Shown: positions 29,208 to 37,490 of the stretch, piece after piece
Layout: the number at the start of each line of letters is the position of its first letter
How positions within the stretch are numbered: position 1 is the stretch's first letter
Assembly (NCBI GenBank): GCA_037130925.1
Contig: JBAXSC010000002.1
Location: 89,185-153,184, forward strand
DNA length: 64,000 nt
Reading direction: 5' to 3'
Origin: Candidatus Nomurabacteria bacterium
GTDB taxonomy: Bacteria; Patescibacteriota; Minisyncoccia; Phycocordibacterales; UBA5272
The notes under the pieces: generated by a model
Database searches by the model: none
What the model was told of the DNA's origin: nothing
What the model saw: the letters and a program-made list of their open reading frames with translations, nothing else
Translations under genes and position numbers: made by a program

Positions 29208-30206
29208 TTAAATAATTTTATCCTGTTTATTTCTAACCATTCTCCAAACAGTGCCAGATATATGATTACCATTTATAGATATAGGTATATATTTTGCACC
29301 ACCTTTATCTAAAATCTTTTTTCTCATTCTCCACGCATCATTTGAATCAAGACCAGAAATACTCATAGCCATCAAATATGGCATTTCATCTTTATCCCAA
29401 ACCTTTTCTCTAAGTCTCCAAGACAAAAGAGAGTTAACCCCTGTTAAACTTCTTAAAAGATGATTTGTATCTACTCCCAGCTTTAATAATTTATCTCTCA
29501 TTTCCCAAGCTTTTTCAGAATCTATACCAGCAAGACTATCCATCACAGTTTCAGGATCTATTTTTAATAATTTATTTCTAAATGACCAAGCAAAATCAGA
29601 ATCAATTCCTATAAGAGATTCTGGAAAAGATGAACCTTTCATTAAATTTTCATAGTAAGTTTTTCTTAATAAATCATCCCCCTTATTATCTAAACCAATC
29701 AAACTATAATCAGGAAAAGAAAGTCCATTTTTGTCTATTAAATACATGTCTCTATATCTCCAAGCTTCAGATGAATTGACTCCACACAAACCTTGAAAAA
29801 AAGGAATATTTACTGACCACTTTTCTTGTTTATGTTTATTAACTAAATCATCTACAAGCTTCTGTCTAAAATTCCAAGACCTATCTGAATCAACGCCCGC
29901 TAATCCTTTCAAGATTTTCTCAGGCATAACAATACCTTTATCGCCTATACTACTTTTTTCAAGTAAAAATTCTCTGATCTTCCAAGAATCTTCTGAGTCT
30001 AGAAATACTAAAGACTCTGCTATATGTTCCAAATTATATTTAGTAATATCAACAATAAAAGGTAATTCTTTTGTATCGGTTTTACCGAAAGGATACTCTG
30101 TTATTTCTAACATCATTTTACTGATCCTTTCTTCAGATATAAAACTTATCTTCTCAATCTCTCCCCTTTCTTCTTTTTTAAAACCATTAAAATTAAATAG
30201 CTCCAT
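29208..30206 (-). CDS. alpha-helical tandem-repeat protein (7 or more copies of a ~36-40 aa G-x-D/N-S-x2-[AS]-W-x-x-R unit)
   Basis: Repeats DSEDSWKIREFLL, DSDRSWNFRQKLV, NSSEAWRYRDMYL, DSDFAWSFRNKLL, DSEKAWEMRDKLL, NSLLSWRLREKVW and DSNDAWRMRKKIL. Confidence 0.65.
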   Translation of the reverse strand: MELFNFNGFKKEERGEIEKISFISEERISKMMLEITEYPFGKTDTKELPFIVDITKYNLEHIAESLVFLDSEDSWKIREFLLEKSSIGDKGIVMPEKILKGLAGVDSDRSWNFRQKLVDDLVNKHKQEKWSVNIPFFQGLCGVNSSEAWRYRDMYLIDKNGLSFPDYSLIGLDNKGDDLLRKTYYENLMKGSSFPESLIGIDSDFAWSFRNKLLKIDPETVMDSLAGIDSEKAWEMRDKLLKLGVDTNHLLRSLTGVNSLLSWRLREKVWDKDEMPYLMAMSISGLDSNDAWRMRKKILDKGGAKYIPISINGNHISGTVWRMVRNKQDKII

Positions 30207-30278
30207 ATTTTTTTATTTAGGTATTTTATTATAAGACTCTCTTACAAGAATATATTAACATAAGTATGGTTATAAAGC

Positions 30279-33092
30279 TTATTTATTATCTATCAAATAA
30301 ACTTCTATATTATTTAATCTGGTGTTTTTAATATCAATATATGAAGATTTATACATTTCAAATATAACCTTACTTCTTATATCCCCATCAGACATATTAT
30401 TATGTCTCTTTATAGTTTCCATCTGTTCATCAGCTATCTCAGAAGTATTAGTTAAAGACATCATTAAAGAATAAGTTTTATTAATAATTGAAGTAATACC
30501 TTGACCATCTTTTTTAATAGGATCAAAATCAGTCAAACAAACATCTTCATTGTTTAAAAAAATAACACTATCCTTATGATCTTTTTGATCAGAAAAAGGA
30601 TGTATACTGAATACTTTCATCTTATTTTTTATAACCCCCTGTAACCATTTTTGTTTTTCTTCTTTATTTAATTGCCAAGCCGGTTTAAAGTCAATATCTT
30701 GTTTTGTAAAATCTTCTAAATGAAGATAATTTTTTGTCCAAATTACTGCAAAATCATAGTCTGAAGACTTTGCTTTTAATAAAGGAACGACATCTTTAAT
30801 ATCAATAGTTTTTATTTCTTTTTTATTGTTTAATATACTGGTAAGAATTTCATTATTTTCAGACATAGCCAAATCAGACCCAAATCGCTCATCGTCCTGC
30901 TTAGAAAAGTGAAAATTTGTATTTTTTATAAATCTTTCTTTAAAAAAGAAAGTATTATAACCTTTCGCTTTATTATTCTTAACGTTATCTTTATCGAAAT
31001 CTTTTTTAGAAATTTTATTCATAATAGAAGATTCTTTATAACCATTAATATTTCCTTCAAAAAAAGAATCTATCTTAGATTTTTCTAATTCTTGTTTTAT
31101 TAAATTATCTTTTACAGATTTATCATAATTTTTCTTTATAGTTACTTGTAGCCTTTTTATATTAGTAATAATTCCAATATCAATATCTGAATCATTTAAA
31201 ACATACTTATTGATTAAAGGATTCTTTAAATTTTCGTTATTAGCTAAATATTCATCTAATATTTCTGTATCTTCCAAATCTCTTACAGTTATAATATTAT
31301 CTTTTATTCTTATATATAAAATCTGAATTAATAAATACACAATATCTGTTTCTGTTGTTACAAAACCAGACCTTACACCTAAATAACCATTATTATCATA
31401 CCAAGATACGTTATCCCAGTTTAACGTATTATTATCGGATAGTTTTTTAGTTCTTATTGCCAATTCTAATAATTCATTTAATTCTACAGGAAAATAAAAG
31501 AGTGAGGAATTTAAAATCATATCAAAAATAATATCTTTGATTTCAAAATCTTCTATATTACTTATATTTTTAATATCTCTTAAAAAACAAGCTGTTAGAC
31601 CAAATAATACAGCAGTCTTATCTTTATATAATTCATTATCAATTTCAGTATTATAATAATCTTTTTTATATATTGAATTAAATATATTTATCACACCAGT
31701 AAAAGACATAACATCTTTACTTTTATAACTAAATATTAAAGAGTCATTTAATTTATTTAAGATATAAAAAGCTGAATCTTTATAAATATTTTTATTTATA
31801 TCTCTAGTTTTATTTAAATTTGATTTAATTAGATATTCAGAAATTTCATAAATCCAACGACAAAAACTATCCTGATAATCCTTTTTTGTTTTTTTATCTA
31901 TTAAATCAGAAGATAAATAAAATGAATAAAATAAACAATTAGAAAAAAAATATATTTTTTGTTTAGATAACTGATTAAAAGATTCATATAAATATCTAAG
32001 CACAAAAGAATTGACTGATTTAATTGTTTTAAAATCTTCACTTTTATTTACAGCTTCTTGTAATGGTATTATAAAAATCTCATTTATATGATCTAAAAGA
32101 GTACTACTGACATCTTTATCTCCTATAGCTAAATTCATGTAAGACTCCACTCTATTAAGTTCAAATTTAATTAAAGTATAATTCTCTTCTTTAATATAAA
32201 TAAATAATAATTTTAAAGCATCGATTAACTCTTTATCAAGATAATCTAAAAATACTTCTTGGGATTCTGTTATTGTAATAAACTTACCTAAATCAAAATT
32301 AGTACTTAAAACTTCTTTTCTTATTCCAAATACAATTTCTCCTTTTTTAATTTTATACCCAAGACTAATACCAATAGGCAAATAATAAAGTTTACTTTCT
32401 TTTAATATATTTTTTATCTTAAAATCATCCTGTACACTGGCATTAGTATAATCAGTAACGACCTTCTTTTCGAGATAATTTAAATTTATATTTTCTATAT
32501 AGCCATCTTTATTACTAACATATAATGTATAATCATCTTTTTGGTCTGAATCAATTATCCATCTATAAATATCACCTCTTTTAATAATCTTTTCTTCCAA
32601 ATCCTTATTTCTTTTTTCTTGTATTTTGAAATCAGAAATTTTTTTAGAAATTAATTTTAGTTTATATTCTTTAACCAGCTCATCAGCTTTAATATTAGTA
32701 GAATTAAAATTTCCTATTATATTAAATATATCTTTAGTTTTTTTAATTAAATAAAAAAGTATTAAAAGATTAAAAGCATAATAAAAAGGTAAATTTATAA
32801 AAGAAAACAAAAAACCTGTGATAGCATGAACTATAAAATCTTTAATCTTAGTTTTATCTCCTAATGCCTCTCTCTTTTCATCATTTTTCTCATTATATAC
32901 ATAAAAAATTATACCTATAACTATAGCAAAAATTACAGAATACACCCCGACAATACTACTATTTATACAAAATAAAGAATAGCATTCTGGATTATTGCCA
33001 AATAGAAACTTCAAAACAAATACAAAAAATGATAATAAGATTGGAAATATTCCTTTAAATATGAAATTTATAAACAAAATAATATTGTACAT
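30279..33092 (-). CDS. large membrane-anchored protein of unknown function
   Basis: 937-aa ORF with about 4 N-terminal TM helices and a ~800-aa soluble region. No catalytic motif recognised and no P-loop. Confidence 0.6.
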   Translation of the reverse strand: MYNIILFINFIFKGIFPILLSFFVFVLKFLFGNNPECYSLFCINSSIVGVYSVIFAIVIGIIFYVYNEKNDEKREALGDKTKIKDFIVHAITGFLFSFINLPFYYAFNLLILFYLIKKTKDIFNIIGNFNSTNIKADELVKEYKLKLISKKISDFKIQEKRNKDLEEKIIKRGDIYRWIIDSDQKDDYTLYVSNKDGYIENINLNYLEKKVVTDYTNASVQDDFKIKNILKESKLYYLPIGISLGYKIKKGEIVFGIRKEVLSTNFDLGKFITITESQEVFLDYLDKELIDALKLLFIYIKEENYTLIKFELNRVESYMNLAIGDKDVSSTLLDHINEIFIIPLQEAVNKSEDFKTIKSVNSFVLRYLYESFNQLSKQKIYFFSNCLFYSFYLSSDLIDKKTKKDYQDSFCRWIYEISEYLIKSNLNKTRDINKNIYKDSAFYILNKLNDSLIFSYKSKDVMSFTGVINIFNSIYKKDYYNTEIDNELYKDKTAVLFGLTACFLRDIKNISNIEDFEIKDIIFDMILNSSLFYFPVELNELLELAIRTKKLSDNNTLNWDNVSWYDNNGYLGVRSGFVTTETDIVYLLIQILYIRIKDNIITVRDLEDTEILDEYLANNENLKNPLINKYVLNDSDIDIGIITNIKRLQVTIKKNYDKSVKDNLIKQELEKSKIDSFFEGNINGYKESSIMNKISKKDFDKDNVKNNKAKGYNTFFFKERFIKNTNFHFSKQDDERFGSDLAMSENNEILTSILNNKKEIKTIDIKDVVPLLKAKSSDYDFAVIWTKNYLHLEDFTKQDIDFKPAWQLNKEEKQKWLQGVIKNKMKVFSIHPFSDQKDHKDSVIFLNNEDVCLTDFDPIKKDGQGITSIINKTYSLMMSLTNTSEIADEQMETIKRHNNMSDGDIRSKVIFEMYKSSYIDIKNTRLNNIEVYLIDNK

Positions 33093-33194
33093 ATAATATA
33101 AAATAATACTACAAAACTATTTTTAATGAAAATGCTATAATAGCATTAACATTATAGTAAGCCATAATGTCTAACCTGAAAAAGATTATTGATT

Positions 33195-33689
33195 ATGGCT
33201 AACACAATCTCAAAACAGAATAAAGAAAAAATGACACCAAAAGAAAAAGGTAAATTTGGTGTTTTAGGTGGTAGACCAAGTAAACTAACGGAAGAACTAA
33301 TAAGAAAAGCAGAAATGATAGAAAATGCTTGGACTGTGGATTATTATAAGAATGACTATCTTAAAAAAGAGAAGCGTATGCCTGGTAAAGCTAGGATATG
33401 TTTTGAATTAGGAATAAATGATCATTTAATATCCAGATGGGAAAAAGATCTTAGAAAAGGAGGAACGCAGAATAAAGAAGAAGAGCTGTTAGAAAGGTTT
33501 CGTGCAGTAATTACGAGAATAGAGCAATTACAACATATCTTTTGTATTGATCGTGGTATGACAATGAGAGGATCTGATAAAACAACTACATTAGTATTGA
33601 TGACTCATCATGGATATAAAACCAAAATAGACAACAATCAAAAAATTGAAGGAATAGAAAACTTAAGCGATATATTAAAAGATGATTAA
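33195..33689 (+). CDS. terminase small-subunit-like HTH protein
   Basis: Start set at MANTISKQ. GRPSKLTEELIRKA...ICFELGINDHLISRWEKDL resembles phage TerS N-terminal HTH domains; assignment tentative. Confidence 0.45.
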   Translation: MANTISKQNKEKMTPKEKGKFGVLGGRPSKLTEELIRKAEMIENAWTVDYYKNDYLKKEKRMPGKARICFELGINDHLISRWEKDLRKGGTQNKEEELLERFRAVITRIEQLQHIFCIDRGMTMRGSDKTTTLVLMTHHGYKTKIDNNQKIEGIENLSDILKDD

Positions 33690-33767
33690 TTCTTTTTCAT
33701 TCCTAAAAGCTTTTTCTTTAATTCTATTATTTTTTTCATTTGCTCTAGATTTTCTATTTTCATATTT

Positions 33768-33971
33768 TTATTTAAATAACTTTTTAATTACAGAAGAAAA
33801 AGAAATGGTAGTTTTGTTATAAATCTTATTATAAAGATATTTTTTAGGGTTAGTTATTACACCAAATCCCTTTGATGCTTTTAATCCTAAATTATGGCGA
33901 AAGTATCTTTTAGGAGAGGTTCTTGCTGAGATCATTTTCTTTAGTGATGGTTTTCGTATTCCAAATTTCAT
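33768..33971 (-). CDS. small basic hypothetical protein
   Basis: 67-aa ORF, Lys/Arg-rich (GIRKPSLKKMISARTSPKRYFRHNLGLK...NPKKYLYNKIY). Confidence 0.45.
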   Translation of the reverse strand: MKFGIRKPSLKKMISARTSPKRYFRHNLGLKASKGFGVITNPKKYLYNKIYNKTTISFSSVIKKLFK

Positions 33972-34077
33972 ATTACTAAATTATATCATTATAATTTATT
34001 TTATCTTCTTACTTTTTTCAATAATAATCAATAATTTTTTCATTGATTTTCTTAACTGTATAAGTTGTAGTATTTTA

Positions 34078-34242
34078 TTATCTTTTTCCATACAAATCAT
34101 ATATATGGCCAATAAAAATTAAAAACCAAATTACCCAAAATATAAAAATAGAATATTTTATTATTTTTTGAGATCTTGTAGGCGGGTTCTTTTTTTCATA
34201 TTCTTCTTTTGCTTTCATCTCTTCTTCGAATGGATTATACAT
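34078..34242 (-). CDS. small membrane protein (below ORF-track threshold)
   Basis: Hand translation gives MYNPFEEEMKAKEEYEKKNPPTRSQKIIKYSIFIFWVIWFLIFIGHIYDLYGKR (54 aa, one TM helix). Confidence 0.3.
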   Translation of the reverse strand: MYNPFEEEMKAKEEYEKKNPPTRSQKIIKYSIFIFWVIWFLIFIGHIYDLYGKR

Positions 34243-34353
34243 ATTTTTATTTGTTTTGTTTCTCTTTTAGTATTTCCTTTTGTCTTCTTTTTAATTCTAC
34301 TAATTTTGTTAGATGGTGTATTAAACTTTTTCCCATAATTTTATTAAAGAATA

Positions 34354-34860
34354 TTAGTTATTTAAATAAGACTTTACAAGATTATTAAATTCTATTGGGG
34401 TTTTACAATCTTTTTCCTCCACTTTGCAAGATGTATATTCTGGATATTTGCCATCATACGTTATTTGTCCAATTTCCTTATAAGAAGTAGCATTATATAG
34501 ATATGCATACTTACTTCCATTTACAATATTATCAAATCTATCTGACACATCAGCTGATTCTAATTCAAAATATATATAACAATTATTACTTTTTATATCA
34601 AAATTAGTTACTATATTTGTTTCTTTATCTGTATTGTCCTCTCCTTTTTGTGACTCATTATATTTAATAAATTTAGTTCCTTGTTCAGAACATTTCTGTT
34701 GTAGTTCAAATATTTCTTTTTTGCTTAGTTTATCTTGTGAATATATCAACAAAAATAAAAGGAACGAAATTATTAACCCTAAAACTATATAACTAATAAT
34801 ATTCCAATTTTTGTATTTAAAAATACGATGTACCAATTTCATAGTTTTTAATATAACCAA
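34354..34860 (-). CDS. membrane-anchored hypothetical protein
   Basis: 168-aa ORF with one TM helix. It overlaps the upstream gene by 13 nt, so the two are probably an operon. Confidence 0.5.
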   Translation of the reverse strand: MVILKTMKLVHRIFKYKNWNIISYIVLGLIISFLLFLLIYSQDKLSKKEIFELQQKCSEQGTKFIKYNESQKGEDNTDKETNIVTNFDIKSNNCYIYFELESADVSDRFDNIVNGSKYAYLYNATSYKEIGQITYDGKYPEYTSCKVEEKDCKTPIEFNNLVKSYLNN

Positions 34861-35336
34861 TTACTTACACCGCCATGACGAGAACATGACCCTCTATGAT
34901 TTTGACTAAAGCTATATGTCCCATCTTTACATTTAGCGGTAGCTCCAGCAGGAATACCGTTTGAAGAATATGAAGGGCTTTTTATAGAGTTGCCACTTAC
35001 ATTTGTATAAGTATTTGTATTAGAAAGTGTTGTAGTCCATTCTGGATGAGAAGAGATTATTGTTTCAGCACTAGCTCTTGTTGTTGCTCCAAAATATCCA
35101 TTTGCAGGTAATATTCCTTGTTGCTGTTGAAATTGTATTAAAGCATTTTGAGTAAGAGCGCCAAAAGTTGAAGTTATTTGGTAATTAAATAGTCCTTCAT
35201 CTTTAAGAAATTGCTGTAATGAAGCTACCTCTGTTGTTGTCATTCCATAACTTAAATTGTGATTAAAAGTTGAGGCAAAACTTTGTGAAGAAAATAAAAA
35301 CAATATTGAAGCGAAAAATATAAAAAGTCTTTTCAT
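34848..35336 (-). CDS. secreted protein with peptidoglycan-binding domain and DUF3761-like C-terminus
   Basis: Signal peptide; PG_binding_1-like VASLQQFLKDEGLF...ALIQFQQQQGILPANGYFG; C-terminal KCKDGTYSFSQNHRGSCSRHGGVSNW. Confidence 0.65.
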   Translation of the reverse strand: MKRLFIFFASILFLFSSQSFASTFNHNLSYGMTTTEVASLQQFLKDEGLFNYQITSTFGALTQNALIQFQQQQGILPANGYFGATTRASAETIISSHPEWTTTLSNTNTYTNVSGNSIKSPSYSSNGIPAGATAKCKDGTYSFSQNHRGSCSRHGGVSNWLY

Positions 35337-35391
35337 AATTTGTATAAATTAAATTATTATTAAGACTGAAGTATCTATAATATAAAAACCC

Positions 35392-35530
35392 AAAATAGGC
35401 ACTCCAGTGAGTGCAGACAAATCAATAACTTTCGTTATCAATGTGTTTCTCACACGGAATGCCTATTTTAGGCACATTGATAACGAAAAGCTTTTGATCG
35501 CTCTTTGATTTTTGTATTGATTTGTCTGCA
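35392..35530. ncRNA. candidate structured element R, copy 2
   Basis: Helix A 35412-35427/35515-35530 is 16 bp perfect. Helix B 35430-35445/35473-35488 is 16 bp perfect. AAAATAGGCA 35392-35401 pairs with TGCCTATTTT 35460-35469 in the apical loop. A hairpin GCACTC-CAGT-GAGTGC lies at 35399-35414. Confidence 0.5.
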
Positions 35531-35575
35531 AATATAGAATATCACAAAAATAAAGAAAGTGGTAAAATATACTAT

Positions 35576-36328
35576 ATGAAAAAAGCTACAACGAAGAATG
35601 TAAAATCTATTATTAAAGACTTTGGAGATAACAAAGAAGATTATAAAGATCTACTTAAAAAGATAATAAACTCAACAAATAGACTTGGCGGAATAGAAAA
35701 AACAAATGATTTAATATATAAAAAAGACGATATTATACATAACACTATACTAAAAAATATAGACTACATTTTCAATAAAAATAATTTAAAGTTTTATATT
35801 TTGAAAAAAGATATAAAAAATGAAATAAATAGAAAAATAGAAGAAATTGGTATGGTTAATTACTATGAAAAAATTAGCGATTACAATTTTGAAGAAAAAG
35901 TATATTTTAATAAGGATAATTTAAAAGATGTAATTTATGCTATAGAAAATATAGATGAAATATTTACTAACAAAAAAAGAATTTATAATCCTATAAAGAT
36001 AAAAAGACTTGGAAGGACAATAGAAGAAAACGGATTTTATGGAAAAAATGGTCTATTAGAAAAAATAACACCTATGCAATATAAAATTATAATATTATTA
36101 CATTGTAATTTTGAAACAAAATTAAAAGGAGAAACTATTGGAAGACAATTAGAAACTTCATCAAAAAGTATTGAGACAAGAATTTTAGAAATAAACAAGT
36201 CTTTTGTTAAGGCGTGTTTCCCAAAGATAGATAAAAAACTATACTTTTTAGAAAAGAACTTAATATTAGGGACGAATGCAAAAGGATATAAACTTAATGA
36301 AAAATACACAATGCCACCAGATAAATAA
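35576..36328 (+). CDS. DNA-binding protein with C-terminal OmpR/PhoB-type winged helix
   Basis: Start moved to the ATG at 35576, because the track ORF uses a TTG inside the structured element. C-terminal ITPMQYKIIILLH...IETRILEINKSF...AKGYKL fits the winged-helix pattern. Confidence 0.55.
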   Translation: MKKATTKNVKSIIKDFGDNKEDYKDLLKKIINSTNRLGGIEKTNDLIYKKDDIIHNTILKNIDYIFNKNNLKFYILKKDIKNEINRKIEEIGMVNYYEKISDYNFEEKVYFNKDNLKDVIYAIENIDEIFTNKKRIYNPIKIKRLGRTIEENGFYGKNGLLEKITPMQYKIIILLHCNFETKLKGETIGRQLETSSKSIETRILEINKSFVKACFPKIDKKLYFLEKNLILGTNAKGYKLNEKYTMPPDK

Positions 36329-36413
36329 AATTTTAAATAATGAAGAATAAAAAATGATCAAAAATAATGAAATAACTATTATAAAATAACTATTTATTAA
36401 TATTCATCTATAA

Positions 36414-36440
36414 AATGCCACGAATCTCGTGGCATTTATT
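36414..36440 (+). terminator. intrinsic terminator
   Basis: AATGCCACGA-ATC-TCGTGGCATT followed by a T-rich tract. Confidence 0.7.
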
Positions 36441-36458
36441 CATTTTAGAATATTCTTA

Positions 36459-36638
36459 ATGAATCTTTCCACCACAGCTACAACAGAATTAAAGAAGATA
36501 CTAAAAACCAATTGTGGTATTACTTCAGATCTAACAGATGAAGAAGTAAATAATCTTGGTTTATTTTTTCTGGTCTCAGTTGCAGAATATTTAAAAAGGA
36601 AAGTTTCTAAAGAATTAAATACAATTAATTCAAAATAA
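36459..36638 (+). CDS. small hypothetical protein, homologue of ORF 3111-3311
   Basis: 59-aa ORF starting at MNLSTTATTELKK; similar by eye to the 66-aa protein of the tRNA-His element. Confidence 0.45.
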   Translation: MNLSTTATTELKKILKTNCGITSDLTDEEVNNLGLFFLVSVAEYLKRKVSKELNTINSK

Positions 36639-36642
36639 AAAT

Positions 36643-36855
36643 ATGTCATCAATTAAATCAGATTTTCTAAAACATAAATCTAAACATAAAAATCTTTCAG
36701 ATCTTTTAAATTTTACAAACGTGATCAAAAGTAAAAAATATCCACTAATTAAATTAATAAGAAATTTTAATGAATTGGTTGATAAAAATGAATACGATAA
36801 CAAAGATAGCGAAATGCTATATCGAGACTTTTTAAGAATGACAAATCTTCCCTAA
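36643..36855 (+). CDS. small hypothetical protein
   Basis: 70-aa ORF 4 nt after the previous gene. Confidence 0.4.
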   Translation: MSSIKSDFLKHKSKHKNLSDLLNFTNVIKSKKYPLIKLIRNFNELVDKNEYDNKDSEMLYRDFLRMTNLP

Positions 36856-36899
36856 AAAGACATTGAAAAATAAAGACTTGAAAAAATAGAATTGTTCTA

Positions 36900-37320
36900 T
36901 AACGAGAGAAAAAGTAAAAGATGAGGATTTATACAATATTGTTATTTCTGACGTGCTTATAACAAAAATAAGCATTTCAGAGTTAAGAATAAAATTAACT
37001 CCTGAGAGATAAGGTCGGCGGATTCACAAACCCCTCTCAGAAGCCAGCTAAGTTGTGAAATTGGGTCACCTCATCCTGAAAAAGATAAACCCATCGTCTA
37101 TATCCTTTATCTTAAATCATTTTGGGGATATAGAGATTACAGGAAAGGCTCTTGCGGAGATAAAGTTAGGTGAAAACCACAAACCTTTTAGAAGAGACCT
37201 TTCTTAGAGTGAAATGTAAAAGATACCGAGAGAAAACGGAATAATATCTTTGGATAGAAGCCAGATTAAATACGGCTATTGGTATTCCTATCTTAAAAAA
37301 ATAATTAATAAAAAAAACAA
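36900..37320 (+). other. ORF-free, locally GC-rich, hairpin-dense segment (candidate large ncRNA or decayed genes)
   Basis: No plus-strand ORF of 60 aa or more between 36855 and 37491. Helices include 36920-36926/37069-37075, 36954-36960/36968-36974, 37002-37008/37034-37040, 37023-37029/37053-37059, 37082-37089/37106-37113 and 37097-37105/37126-37134. Confidence 0.35.
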
Positions 37321-37326
37321 AAACAA

Positions 37327-37463
37327 AGTGTGATAAAATAACACTGCTACAACGGAGGTAAAAAACCTGTAAAAACATAAATATTAAAAATGTTTTTGTA
37401 GATAAAAATGAGATAATAACATTACTTCGTTGTAGCAAACATTTAAGTTATTATCTCATTTTT
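37327..37463 (+). promoter_or_regulatory. LSR 5' leader with terminator-like hairpin and crossing complementary segment
   Basis: X 37346-37354 pairs with X' 37428-37436 (9 bp). Y 37367-37378 pairs with Y' 37390-37401 (12 bp, two G.U on the plus strand). Z 37404-37420 pairs with Z' 37447-37463 (17 bp). X' lies in the Z loop, and Z' ends in T5 27 nt before the ATG. Confidence 0.5.
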
Positions 37464-37490
37464 GTTTATAATTAAAACACAAATAAATAT

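Noticed and set aside
37166-37438. 90-aa minus-strand ORF
   Set aside because: It lies in the ORF-poor structured block upstream of the LSR, has a hydrophobic low-complexity translation, and has no start context.
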